Origin: Oscillibacter sp. ER4
Lineage (GTDB): Bacteria; Actinomycetota; Coriobacteriia; Coriobacteriales; Atopobiaceae
Direction of reading: 5' to 3'
DNA: 45,986 nucleotides
Assembly: GCA_963611755.1 (NCBI GenBank)
Contig: CAVDTK010000001.1
Coordinates: 1 to 45,986, forward strand
In this document: positions 8,715 to 17,089 of the stretch, one piece after another
Layout: every line of letters begins with the position of its first letter
Position numbering within the stretch: the first letter of the stretch is position 1
Made by a program: the position numbers and the translations under genes
The notes under the pieces: model-generated
Databases searched by the model: none
Seen by the model: only the letters and a program-made list of their open reading frames with translations
Told to the model about the DNA's origin: nothing

Positions 8715-10022
8715 CTAGAGCTCCTTTCGCAGGTCGATGACGCGCTTTGCCTTGCCTTCGCTTCTGGGGATGCTCTTGGGCTCCACCAGGCGCACCTTGA
8801 TGCCCACCGAAAGCGCCGTCTTGAGGGCGCCAGAGATCTCCTTCTGCAGGCGCTCGACGGCCGCCACCGAGTCGAAGTCGAAACCAGGGTTGACCTCAGC
8901 CTTCAGGGTCACGACGTCCAGCGAGCGCGCGTCGGTGGAGACTTCGATCTGGTACCAGCTGGAGACCTGGTCGAAGGTCTTCATGACGTCCTCGATCTGG
9001 CTGGGGAAGACGTTGACACCGCGGATGATCAACATGTCGTCGGTGCGGCCGTGCAGGCGGTCGATGCGCCGGTGCGTGCAGCCGCAGGGGCACTGGCCGG
9101 GGATGATGCGCGTAATGTCGCGGGTACGGTAGCGCACGACGGGCGACGCCTCGCGGTCGACCGTGGTCAGGACCAGCTCGCCCCACTCGCCGTCGGGCAG
9201 GACCTCGCCCGTCTCGGGGTTGATGATCTCGGGGTAGAAGTGGTCCTCGGCCAGGTGCAGGCCCTTCTGCTCCCAGCACTCGTTGGCCACGCCCGGCCCC
9301 ATGGTCTCGGTCAGGCCATAGACGTCCAGGACTTTATAGCCCAGCTTGCGCTCCAGGTCGGCGCGGAAGTTGTCGCTAAAGGGCTCGGCGCCGTGGATGC
9401 CGGCGCGCAGGTGGAAGTCGCGCGCGGGGTCCAGGCCCATCTCGATGGCGGTGTCGGCGATGTGCATGGCGTAGGACGGAGTGCAGCACAGGATCGTCGA
9501 GCCCATCTCGCGCAGGACGCGGATCTGGCGCTCGGTGTTTCCGGCCGAGATGGGGATGACGGTCGAGTCCATCCAGTGGCCGCCGTAGTGCGCGCCCAGG
9601 CCGCCGGTGAACAGGCCGTAGCCGTAGGCGACCTGCACGACGTCGTTCTCATCCCCGCCGGCAAAGATGATGCCGCGAGCAAAGCACTCGCCCCAGATGT
9701 CGAGGTCGTGCTTGGTGTAGGCCCCCACCGTCGCCACGCCCGTGGTACCCGAGGACATGTGGATCTCCTTGACGTCCTTCAGGGGCACGGCCAGCATGCC
9801 GTAGGGATAGGCGTCGCGCAGGTCCTGCTTCTGGACAAAGGGGGCCGCGGCCAGGTCGTCCAGGCTCTTGACGGCGTAGGGGTCAAAGCCCGCCTCGTCG
9901 AAGCTGTGCTTATAGAACGGGATGTTCTCGTAGCAGTCGATGACGGTCTTTTTGATGCCCTCGAGCTGGATCTTCTCGATCTCGTCGTGGGGCGCGTGCA
10001 GGATCTCCTGAGTTTTTCCCAT
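8715..10022 (-). CDS. paaK: Phenylacetate-CoA ligase family protein
   Basis: SSGTTG, YGYGLFTGGLG, YGLTETMGPG, RYRTRD, GRTDDMLIIRGVNVFPSQIE and GKAKRVID motifs. Confidence 0.88.
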   Translation of the reverse strand: MGKTQEILHAPHDEIEKIQLEGIKKTVIDCYENIPFYKHSFDEAGFDPYAVKSLDDLAAAPFVQKQDLRDAYPYGMLAVPLKDVKEIHMSSGTTGVATVGAYTKHDLDIWGECFARGIIFAGGDENDVVQVAYGYGLFTGGLGAHYGGHWMDSTVIPISAGNTERQIRVLREMGSTILCCTPSYAMHIADTAIEMGLDPARDFHLRAGIHGAEPFSDNFRADLERKLGYKVLDVYGLTETMGPGVANECWEQKGLHLAEDHFYPEIINPETGEVLPDGEWGELVLTTVDREASPVVRYRTRDITRIIPGQCPCGCTHRRIDRLHGRTDDMLIIRGVNVFPSQIEDVMKTFDQVSSWYQIEVSTDARSLDVVTLKAEVNPGFDFDSVAAVERLQKEISGALKTALSVGIKVRLVEPKSIPRSEGKAKRVIDLRKEL

Positions 10023-10091
10023 CGTGGGCCCTTCTCGTTGGACGCGCCGCAAGCTGCGGCGCTTACCGCAATGGGACCGAGAATAACCCAA

Positions 10092-10514
10092 CTATGCGCG
10101 CCTGGCCTCCTCCAAGCGACGGACGGCCTCTGTCACCTTGTCAATGGCCTCGTCCACGCGGTCGGCCGCGTCCGACATGTCCTTTTGAACGAGAAGATCA
10201 GCCAGCGGGTTGTCGAAGGCGATGTCGAAGAGGGCGTTCAAGCTCGAGACGTTAGCGTTCAGGCGCGAGAGCTCGCGGACGTCGGCCAGCTCGTGCGAGA
10301 AGTTGCGGATCTCTTCGCGCGCGATGGCTAACGCATGGTTGGCGTCGCCCAAGCGCGAATGCTTGATGACGCTGGTCACAAGGCCGCCGCCGAAGATGTC
10401 CACAAGGCCCCAGCGCTGAGCGGATCCCAGGGAGTCGCGCGCGTCTTCCAACGCCTCGAGGGCGCGATGGCCCGCCTCAATGGCCTCGTCGATCTCTTTC
10501 TTACGGTCGTACAT
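10092..10514 (-). CDS. Conserved hypothetical helical protein
   Basis: GGGGAG RBS, high-GC codon bias, EIDEAIEAG..WGLVDIFGGG..KHS pattern. Confidence 0.75.
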   Translation of the reverse strand: MYDRKKEIDEAIEAGHRALEALEDARDSLGSAQRWGLVDIFGGGLVTSVIKHSRLGDANHALAIAREEIRNFSHELADVRELSRLNANVSSLNALFDIAFDNPLADLLVQKDMSDAADRVDEAIDKVTEAVRRLEEARRA

Positions 10515-10583
10515 GGCGCTCCCCCGGCTACGTCGCGGTCTTCCTGCAGGACAATTCTCCCACACCAACTGCCGCCGGAGTTA

Positions 10584-10774
10584 GGCGCTCAAAAACGAGT
10601 GCATATTGGTACTTTATGCCCGCGTGCGGAGAAGCCCGACGACGTTTGCCCAGTTGATTTTTAGGTACCCCCTCCCACATTTGAGCGAAATGAGGTCTTG
10701 AAGTACCAATACCCCTGCAAAATTGAGCGCCCCTAAGCTCAAAAGCACCAATATGGCACCTAAATTGAGCGCCC
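10584..10774. repeat. Intergenic element: one inverted unit plus three direct 42-bp-period units
   Basis: TTGAGCG at 10681, 10723 and 10765. AAG(T/C)ACCAATA at 10701 and 10743. Inverted TATTGGTACTT at 10604-10614 and GGCGCTCAA at 10584. Confidence 0.8.
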
Positions 10775-10802
10775 GCAGCCCGCGAGCGCCCTGGCAGCCC
10801 GG

Positions 10803-11237
10803 CTAGATAAGCCCGGCTCCAGCAGCCAGCACGAAGATCGCGACATGCAAGACGAGAAACGCGGGCAGGCCAAAGCGGAAATACCACTTGAGGGTCTTGT
10901 GCCTAAAGACGCGCATCCCCACCATGCCGCCGAGCGCGCCGCCCAGAAGACAGGCGCCCAGCAAGGTGGCCTCGGGCACACGGCTTCTTGCCCCCGAGCC
11001 CTGGTACTTGACAGCCACCCGCTTGTCATAGCCAAACAGCGCAAAGGCCCCGACGTTAATAACGCCCAGGTAGACGGCCAGCGCGCGGTTCTGCGCCGCG
11101 GCCACAACGCAGCCCAAATCAAATCGCGCCGGCACGACCCCAAACCAGCACAGCGCCACGACCACCGCGACGATCAGTGCGTAAAGACCGCCAAACCACG
11201 CGGCAACGTTGCTCTTGTTCACGCGTCCCTTAGCCAA
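10803..11237 (-). CDS. DUF1294-domain membrane protein
   Basis: FALFGYDKR..RVPEATLL..GGALG..FRHKTLK signature. Confidence 0.85.
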   Translation of the reverse strand: MAKGRVNKSNVAAWFGGLYALIVAVVVALCWFGVVPARFDLGCVVAAAQNRALAVYLGVINVGAFALFGYDKRVAVKYQGSGARSRVPEATLLGACLLGGALGGMVGMRVFRHKTLKWYFRFGLPAFLVLHVAIFVLAAGAGLI

Positions 11238-11336
11238 AAACCATCACCTGCTGAGAATACCCATCACAAATTGATATAAAAACAGGGCGAGAAGCTCCTG
11301 AGCCCCTCGCCCCGACAACACTACCAAAAGAAAGGC

Positions 11337-12785
11337 CTAACGCTGCCCCATGGGCACGTAAACGCCACTGCCCATCACGGAGTTGTACGCCGGGCGGATG
11401 ATGCGGCCCGCGCCGTAGAGCTCCTCCATGCGGTGCGCGCACCAGCCGGCCAGGCGAGCCATGGCAAAGATCGCCGTGTACATGTCCTGGGGAATCCCCA
11501 GCATGGAGTACACGAAGCCGGTGTAGAGGTCGATGTTCGCGCAGATGGGCTTGGTGGTTCCCTTGACGTCGCGCATGACCTGGGGGCCCAGCTTCTCGAT
11601 GTTCTCAAGCAGCTGCAGCTTGGCCTGGCGGCCCTTGGCCTCGGCCAGCTTGCGCGCGTACTTCTTGATGATGACGGCGCGCGGGTCGCTCACGGTATAG
11701 ACCGCGTGCCCCAGGCCGTAGATCAGCCCGCTGCCGTCGAACCCCTGGCCCTTCACAACGCGAGTAAGATAGTCCGCCACCTCATCTTCGCTCGACCAGT
11801 CGTCGATCTTCTCGGCAGCGTCCTCGATCATGGCGCCCACCTTGGCGTTGGCGCCGCCGTGCTTGGGCCCCTTGAGCGAGCCGATGGCCGCCGCATAGGC
11901 GGAGTAGGCGTCGGTGCCCGAGGAAGAAAGGACGCGCGTGGTGAAGGTCGAGTTGTTGCCGCCGCCGTGCTCGGCGTGGAGCATCAGCATGACGTCAAGC
12001 AGCATAGCCTCGTCGTGGGTGAAGCCCTGGTCGCCGCGCAGGACGTCGAGCAGGGTCTCGGCCATCGAGAAGCCCTCGCAGGGAGGCGGGACCAGAAGCT
12101 TGGTGCCCGTGGCAGACGCGACCGCCGCCTCGTGCGCCACCGCGGCCGTGCGCGGCCAGCGGCCGAGCAGCGACAGCGCCACGTCGATCTCGTGCGTGGG
12201 GGTGGTGTCGTCGGGCGTGGGATCGAAGGAGTACAGCAGAAGCGTCGCGCGCTGCAGGACGTTCATGATGTTTTGGCTGTACGTCGTGCGCGGGAAGATG
12301 TGCAGGAAGCCCTCCGGCAGCTGGCGGCGAGAATCGATGCGTGCCTTGAAGTCGGCGAGCTGCTCTTCCGTGGGAAGGGCGCCCGTCAACAGCAAATAGG
12401 CCGCCTCCTCGTAGCCAAAACGGTCCTCTGCCTGGGCGTTGTCGATAAGGTCGGCGATGTGATAGCCGCGGTAGATCAGGTCGCCCTCATCGGGCACCAC
12501 GCCCTCGGGGGTCTTGTTGTAGCCGTGCACGTTGGAGATCGTGGTAAGGCCCACAAGCACGCCGGAGCCGTCCGCGTTGCGCAGGCCGCGCTTGACGTCG
12601 TACTTCTCGTACAGCTCGGCCGGAACGACGTCGACCTCACGGAAGCCCTGGTAGAGCCTATCGGAGACAGGCGGCAGGCCCAGGCCCACCGACGGCATGG
12701 GGTAGGCGTCGGCCACATGGGTCATGGCGGAGGTGTCGAGCGAGCTTAAGCTGGGGCCGATGCCCTTGATACCAAAGTGAGACAA
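11337..12785 (-). CDS. gltA: Citrate synthase (citrate/2-methylcitrate synthase family)
   Basis: HAEHGGGNNSTF, SLKGPKHGGAN, IYGLGHAVYTVSDPR, ANIDLY and IIRPAY. Start uncertain (TTG 12785 after AAGGAGG). Confidence 0.9.
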   Translation of the reverse strand: MSHFGIKGIGPSLSSLDTSAMTHVADAYPMPSVGLGLPPVSDRLYQGFREVDVVPAELYEKYDVKRGLRNADGSGVLVGLTTISNVHGYNKTPEGVVPDEGDLIYRGYHIADLIDNAQAEDRFGYEEAAYLLLTGALPTEEQLADFKARIDSRRQLPEGFLHIFPRTTYSQNIMNVLQRATLLLYSFDPTPDDTTPTHEIDVALSLLGRWPRTAAVAHEAAVASATGTKLLVPPPCEGFSMAETLLDVLRGDQGFTHDEAMLLDVMLMLHAEHGGGNNSTFTTRVLSSSGTDAYSAYAAAIGSLKGPKHGGANAKVGAMIEDAAEKIDDWSSEDEVADYLTRVVKGQGFDGSGLIYGLGHAVYTVSDPRAVIIKKYARKLAEAKGRQAKLQLLENIEKLGPQVMRDVKGTTKPICANIDLYTGFVYSMLGIPQDMYTAIFAMARLAGWCAHRMEELYGAGRIIRPAYNSVMGSGVYVPMGQR

Positions 12786-12854
12786 CACAACCTCCTTGTG
12801 CGGGCGCACGGAGCGGACACAACCGGCCAGGCGCCCCTCGATTGACGGGGTGTC

Positions 12855-13148
12855 TTACAGGCGATACATGAACTTGAAGACCTCTTCGCGCTGCAGGGTG
12901 ATCTGGACGCCCAGGCGGTTGGACAGCGCGTCCAGGGCCTCCTTCAAGGCGCTGAACTCGGTGTTGGCGCCCAGGTCGACCAGCATGGTCATGGTGAAGA
13001 TGCCCTGCAGGATGGTCTGCGAGATGTCCAGGATGTTGGCGTCGCGCTGGGCAAGCTCGCCGGTCACGGCAGCGACGATGCCGGGGCGGTCGCTGCCCAA
13101 GACGGTGATGATCGCGCGGTTCTTAGAGTCGTTCTCGGGGGTTGCCAT
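12855..13148 (-). CDS. ACT-domain protein (UPF0237-like)
   Basis: AIITVLGSDRPGIVAAV, NILDISQTILQGIFTM and QREEVFKFMYRL. Confidence 0.88.
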   Translation of the reverse strand: MATPENDSKNRAIITVLGSDRPGIVAAVTGELAQRDANILDISQTILQGIFTMTMLVDLGANTEFSALKEALDALSNRLGVQITLQREEVFKFMYRL

Positions 13149-13323
13149 GCGTCCTCCTTAGTGGCCTAAAAAGCTAGAAGCCCAATCATACCCAATGCCT
13201 GCCTGGCGAGAAGCTCGCCGAGCCAACTTGATACACAACCGTTAACCGGAAAAACAGGGGCCGAAACCCGGCGTTATCCTGCGGCGAGAAGGGCGTGCGA
13301 GCCCGGCGCGCGACCCCGGCGCC

Positions 13324-13806
13324 CTACCCGGCGTTTTCCTCGAACAGGGCCACGACGTCTTCCTTGGAGCACTCGAGCGCGCAGGACAGCTCCTCGAGCG
13401 AGCGCGAGCGGGCCTGCTTGAGGATGCGCTCGTAGGCCACGGGGGCCTTCTTATTGTTAGCCTCGGCGGCGGCGATCTTGGCCTTGATGGTCTTGACGAT
13501 CCTCACGGAATCGCGGCAGCTGCCGTCGCGGATCTCCTTCTTGAAATGAGCCTCCTCAAGCGCGGCGGAGCGCTCGGTAAAGGGGTCCTGCTCAAGCTCG
13601 GAGTAGGTCTCGATGATAAGGCGCGCCTCGCCGGCGGAAAGGATGGGGCGCAGGCGCGACTCGGATGCCACGGGGTAGCTGATGTGCATCGGGCGCGGCT
13701 GGCCCATAGGGAGCAGCTGGTAGGTGGCGTCGTCTCCTTGCGTCACGTCCTCGACCCTGCAAACGCCTTGACCCGGATGAACGACGAACTCCCCTACCTT
13801 GTACAT
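13324..13806 (-). CDS. CarD-family transcriptional regulator
   Basis: YKVGEFVVHPGQGVCRVEDV N-terminal RNAP-interaction domain; GGAG RBS. Confidence 0.82.
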   Translation of the reverse strand: MYKVGEFVVHPGQGVCRVEDVTQGDDATYQLLPMGQPRPMHISYPVASESRLRPILSAGEARLIIETYSELEQDPFTERSAALEEAHFKKEIRDGSCRDSVRIVKTIKAKIAAAEANNKKAPVAYERILKQARSRSLEELSCALECSKEDVVALFEENAG

Positions 13807-13998
13807 ACGCATATCTCCCTTCTCATGACACAAGTATAGCACCCAGGGAGACACTCGTTTAAAAGGTTCACAGGTAAGGGGCAGTGTGACGCGAGTTGCA
13901 CGACAGATGTTAGTTGCTAGTTTGATGGGCTGAGAAGCTCGCGGCGGCATGATGGCGAGCAACCGCGCCGCCGCCCGCGCCGGCCACAGCCCGCGCGC

Positions 13999-14697
13999 CT
14001 AGTCCGTGACGGTGATCTTGGTGATCTTGGGCTGGTTCTGCGAAGCGACGGTGCCGTTCGAATCCTCTACCTGGACGTTCGCGCAGATGGCGTCGACCAC
14101 CTCCATGCCCGAGGTCACGCTGCCGAAGGCCGCGTACTGGCCGTCCAGGGACGTGGTGGTCTTCTGCATGATGAAGAACTGCGAGCTGCCGGAGTCATAG
14201 GACGAGGAGCGCGCCATCGAGATGGTCCCACGCACGTGGCTGATGGGGTTCTCGACGCCGTTCTTGGAGAACTCGCCCTTGATGTTTTGGGTAGAGCCGC
14301 CGGTACCGTCGCCGTTAGGGTCGCCGCCCTGGATCATGAAGCCGTCGATGATGCGGTGGAAAGTAAGGCCGTCATAAAAGCCCTGGTTGGCCAGGTTGCA
14401 GAAGTTCGAGACCGAGATAGGCGCCACGTTGGCGTTCAGCGCGACCTCGATGGTGCCGTAGCCCTCGACCTCGATCGTGGCGTGGTGGATGCCCGTGGCG
14501 TAGGGGTCGTTCTCGTCCACCGAGTCGATGACCGAAGTCGAGCTGGCCGAGGTCGCGGAGTCCGCGGTCTTCTCGCCGTCGGAAGAAGATGAGCCCGAGC
14601 CGCCGGACGCCGAGGAGCACCCGCAGAGCACCCCCACGAGCACGAGCGTGCAGGCGAGAAGAACGGGCAGGACAAAACGGCGCGGAGAGCGGTGCAT
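13999..14697 (-). CDS. Cyclophilin-type peptidyl-prolyl isomerase lipoprotein
   Basis: Lipobox LCGC, FYDGLTFHRIIDGFMIQGGDP, GTISMAR, SSQFFI and LDGQYAAFG. Confidence 0.92.
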   Translation of the reverse strand: MHRSPRRFVLPVLLACTLVLVGVLCGCSSASGGSGSSSSDGEKTADSATSASSTSVIDSVDENDPYATGIHHATIEVEGYGTIEVALNANVAPISVSNFCNLANQGFYDGLTFHRIIDGFMIQGGDPNGDGTGGSTQNIKGEFSKNGVENPISHVRGTISMARSSSYDSGSSQFFIMQKTTTSLDGQYAAFGSVTSGMEVVDAICANVQVEDSNGTVASQNQPKITKITVTD

Positions 14698-14980
14698 AAC
14701 GGGTTCCCTTCCATAGCAGACAGTGGCCACTACCTTACCACCACGGCCGTGGGCCGACACCCGTTAAGGTTGCGTTTAGCCTGCTTAACCGCCTGTTCAA
14801 CCATTTGCTCCATCTTTGCATCCGGGGGTACGAGCGCTCACTTGGGATTGTGGAGGGCAATACTAGCGTCAATGGGACGATCGCGGAGGCCTGTCTCCTC
14901 TTCCCTCCCCAAAGGCCAGGCGCGGACGCGCGCTCACCTCCAGGCCCCGGCGATCGTCCCTTGCCTGAAAGGAGAAGAAC

Positions 14981-16846
14981 ATGTCGAGCTTCGAGCCTAG
15001 GATGGACAGCATCATGCGCAAGGTCGGCGTGGCCGTGGTCACGGGCGCCCTTGTCCTGTCCGCGATCCCCGCCGCCGCCATCGCCGAGACCTCCACGCAG
15101 GCCGCGGCCACGCAGGCCGCGAGCTCGACCAGCGGCTCCGGCGCGGGCACCGGCAGCGGCTCCGGCGCGGGCACCGGCAGCGGCTCCGGCAACGGCTCGA
15201 GCTCCGACAAGCCCGGCGAGCCTCCCTCGGGCGGCGCCGGCGGCGGGCAGGGCAACGGCGGCCAGAACGGCACCCCCGGCGAGAAACCCGACGGCCAGGG
15301 CGGCGGCTTTGGCGGCGGCGCCAACACCATGACCTTCGACTACAAGGGAACCTACACGGGCGCCGTCACGGCCGACGGCACGTCAAACACGGTATCTGAC
15401 CAGTCCATTAGTGCCACGACGGCCGACCAAAACGCCGCACTTGCCCAAAACGGCGGCAGCCTCGCCCTTACCGGCGTGACGCTCACCAAGTCCGGCGACG
15501 ACACCAACGGCGACAACTGCAACTTCTACGGCCTGAACTCGATCCTTCTCGCCGTGGGCTCGGGCACGACCGCCAAGATCTCCAACAGCGAGCTTTCCGC
15601 CACGAGCGAGGGCTCCAACGGTATCTTTGCCACCAACGACGCCGTGATCTGGGCAAAGGACGTGAAGATCTCCACCACCGCAGGCAACTCGCGCGGCCTT
15701 GACGCCACCTACGGCGGAACCATCGTGGCCGACGACGTGACCGTGAACACCCAGGGCAACCACTGCGCAGCCGTCGCCACCGACCGTGGCGGCGGAAGCA
15801 TCAGCGTGACCAACTCGGCCCTCAACACACAGGGCTCCGGCTCGCCCATCCTCTACTCCACCGGCGACATCGAGGTCTCAGGCGTCACCGGCACGGCGAC
15901 CGGTAGCCAGCTCGTGGGCATGGAGGGCCTGAACACCGTCCTTATCAACAACTCGACCTTGACCAGCACCAACACCGAGAAGACCTCCTCTGACCCGGTG
16001 GCCAACGGCGTCATCATCTACCAGTCGACCTCCGGCGACGCCGAGTCAACGACCGGCGAGACCGCGACCTTCCAGGCCGCAGACTCCACCCTGTCGAGCG
16101 CCATCGCGTCTGGCGCGATGTTCTACGTCACCAACACGAGCGCCGACGTGGTGCTCAAAAACACCGTGCTTGACTTTGACTCCACGGCCGCTGACCTGCT
16201 GCTCGTTGCCGGAAACGACGCCAACAGCTGGGGCAACGCGGGCTCCAACGGCGCCACCGTGCGCTTCACGGGCATCGAGCAGGAGCTGGCCGGCAACATC
16301 GAGGTCGACACCATCTCTTCTGCCGACGTCCATCTCACCCAGAACACCACCTGGGCGGGCGCCGCGGCCGTCACGGATAACGCTTACGGCTCGACCTCAG
16401 AGAGCCCGCTCACCGTGAACATCGACGCCACGTCAACCTGGGTCGTGACCGGCGACTCGACCGTCTCGGCCTTGAACGTGGTCGAGGGCGGCAAGGTCGC
16501 GGATGCGCAAGGTAACGCGGTGACCATCGTGAGCGGCGGAAAGACCCTGGTCAAGGGTACTTCTCAGTACACGGTGACGGTCACGGGCACCTACTCCACG
16601 AGTTACGACATCTCCAACGCCGGCGAGCTGTCCGAGTCGCTCATCGACCGCAGCGCCTTCGACGCCGAGTATGGCTGCGAGACCACCTTCTCGATGGGAG
16701 ACTCGTCCAAGGCGGCATCTCTGACCAGCGCGAACACTGCGTCTGCCAACTCGAGCGCCGCCGAGAGCCAGGCGTCCGACACCTCGGATGGTTCCTTCTG
16801 GGACGCCGTGGTCAACTGGTTCAAGAGCCTCTTCGGCATGGCCTAG
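14981..16846 (+). CDS. Secreted Thr/Ser/Gly-rich beta-helix (adhesin-like) protein
   Basis: Signal peptide ending AIA, G/S-rich linker, repeated beta-strand motifs, amphipathic C-terminus FWDAVVNWFKSLFG; AAAGGAG RBS. Confidence 0.7.
   Translation: MSSFEPRMDSIMRKVGVAVVTGALVLSAIPAAAIAETSTQAAATQAASSTSGSGAGTGSGSGAGTGSGSGNGSSSDKPGEPPSGGAGGGQGNGGQNGTPGEKPDGQGGGFGGGANTMTFDYKGTYTGAVTADGTSNTVSDQSISATTADQNAALAQNGGSLALTGVTLTKSGDDTNGDNCNFYGLNSILLAVGSGTTAKISNSELSATSEGSNGIFATNDAVIWAKDVKISTTAGNSRGLDATYGGTIVADDVTVNTQGNHCAAVATDRGGGSISVTNSALNTQGSGSPILYSTGDIEVSGVTGTATGSQLVGMEGLNTVLINNSTLTSTNTEKTSSDPVANGVIIYQSTSGDAESTTGETATFQAADSTLSSAIASGAMFYVTNTSADVVLKNTVLDFDSTAADLLLVAGNDANSWGNAGSNGATVRFTGIEQELAGNIEVDTISSADVHLTQNTTWAGAAAVTDNAYGSTSESPLTVNIDATSTWVVTGDSTVSALNVVEGGKVADAQGNAVTIVSGGKTLVKGTSQYTVTVTGTYSTSYDISNAGELSESLIDRSAFDAEYGCETTFSMGDSSKAASLTSANTASANSSAAESQASDTSDGSFWDAVVNWFKSLFGMA
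15130..15190 (+). repeat. In-frame 24-bp tandem repeat (SGSGAGTG x2.5)
   Basis: CAGCGGCTCCGGCGCGGGCACCGG repeated perfectly. Confidence 0.85.
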
Positions 16847-16900
16847 GCCGACGGCACAGTCCGGCAGGCCTTCGCCGGCATCTCGTCGACGCCTCGCCAG

Positions 16901-17045
16901 GCAAAAATCGAGCATCTTGGCCGACTAAATCGAATCTGCCGAGTAGACGCAAAATCAGCAACGCATCTACCTGCGGTTTTATAAAGCAAACGGGCCCGGA
17001 TACTCGTCCGGGCCCGTTTAGTCGGCCAAGATGTCGCGTTTTTGC
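16901..17045. repeat. Intergenic inverted-repeat element (perfect 17-bp arms, 87-nt spacer, central CAGGT core)
   Basis: CATCTTGGCCGACTAAA (16913-16929) and TTTAGTCGGCCAAGATG (17017-17033), outer GCAAAAA/TTTTTGC. TACCTGCGGTTTT lies at the centre. Confidence 0.88.
16988..17019. terminator. Possible bidirectional terminator hairpin between convergent genes
   Basis: 13-bp stem AAACGGGCCCGGA/TCCGGGCCCGTTT. Confidence 0.6.
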
Positions 17046-17089
17046 TCCGAGCGGCGGGAATCACCCCTATCCGCGGCGGGAACGGTCCC

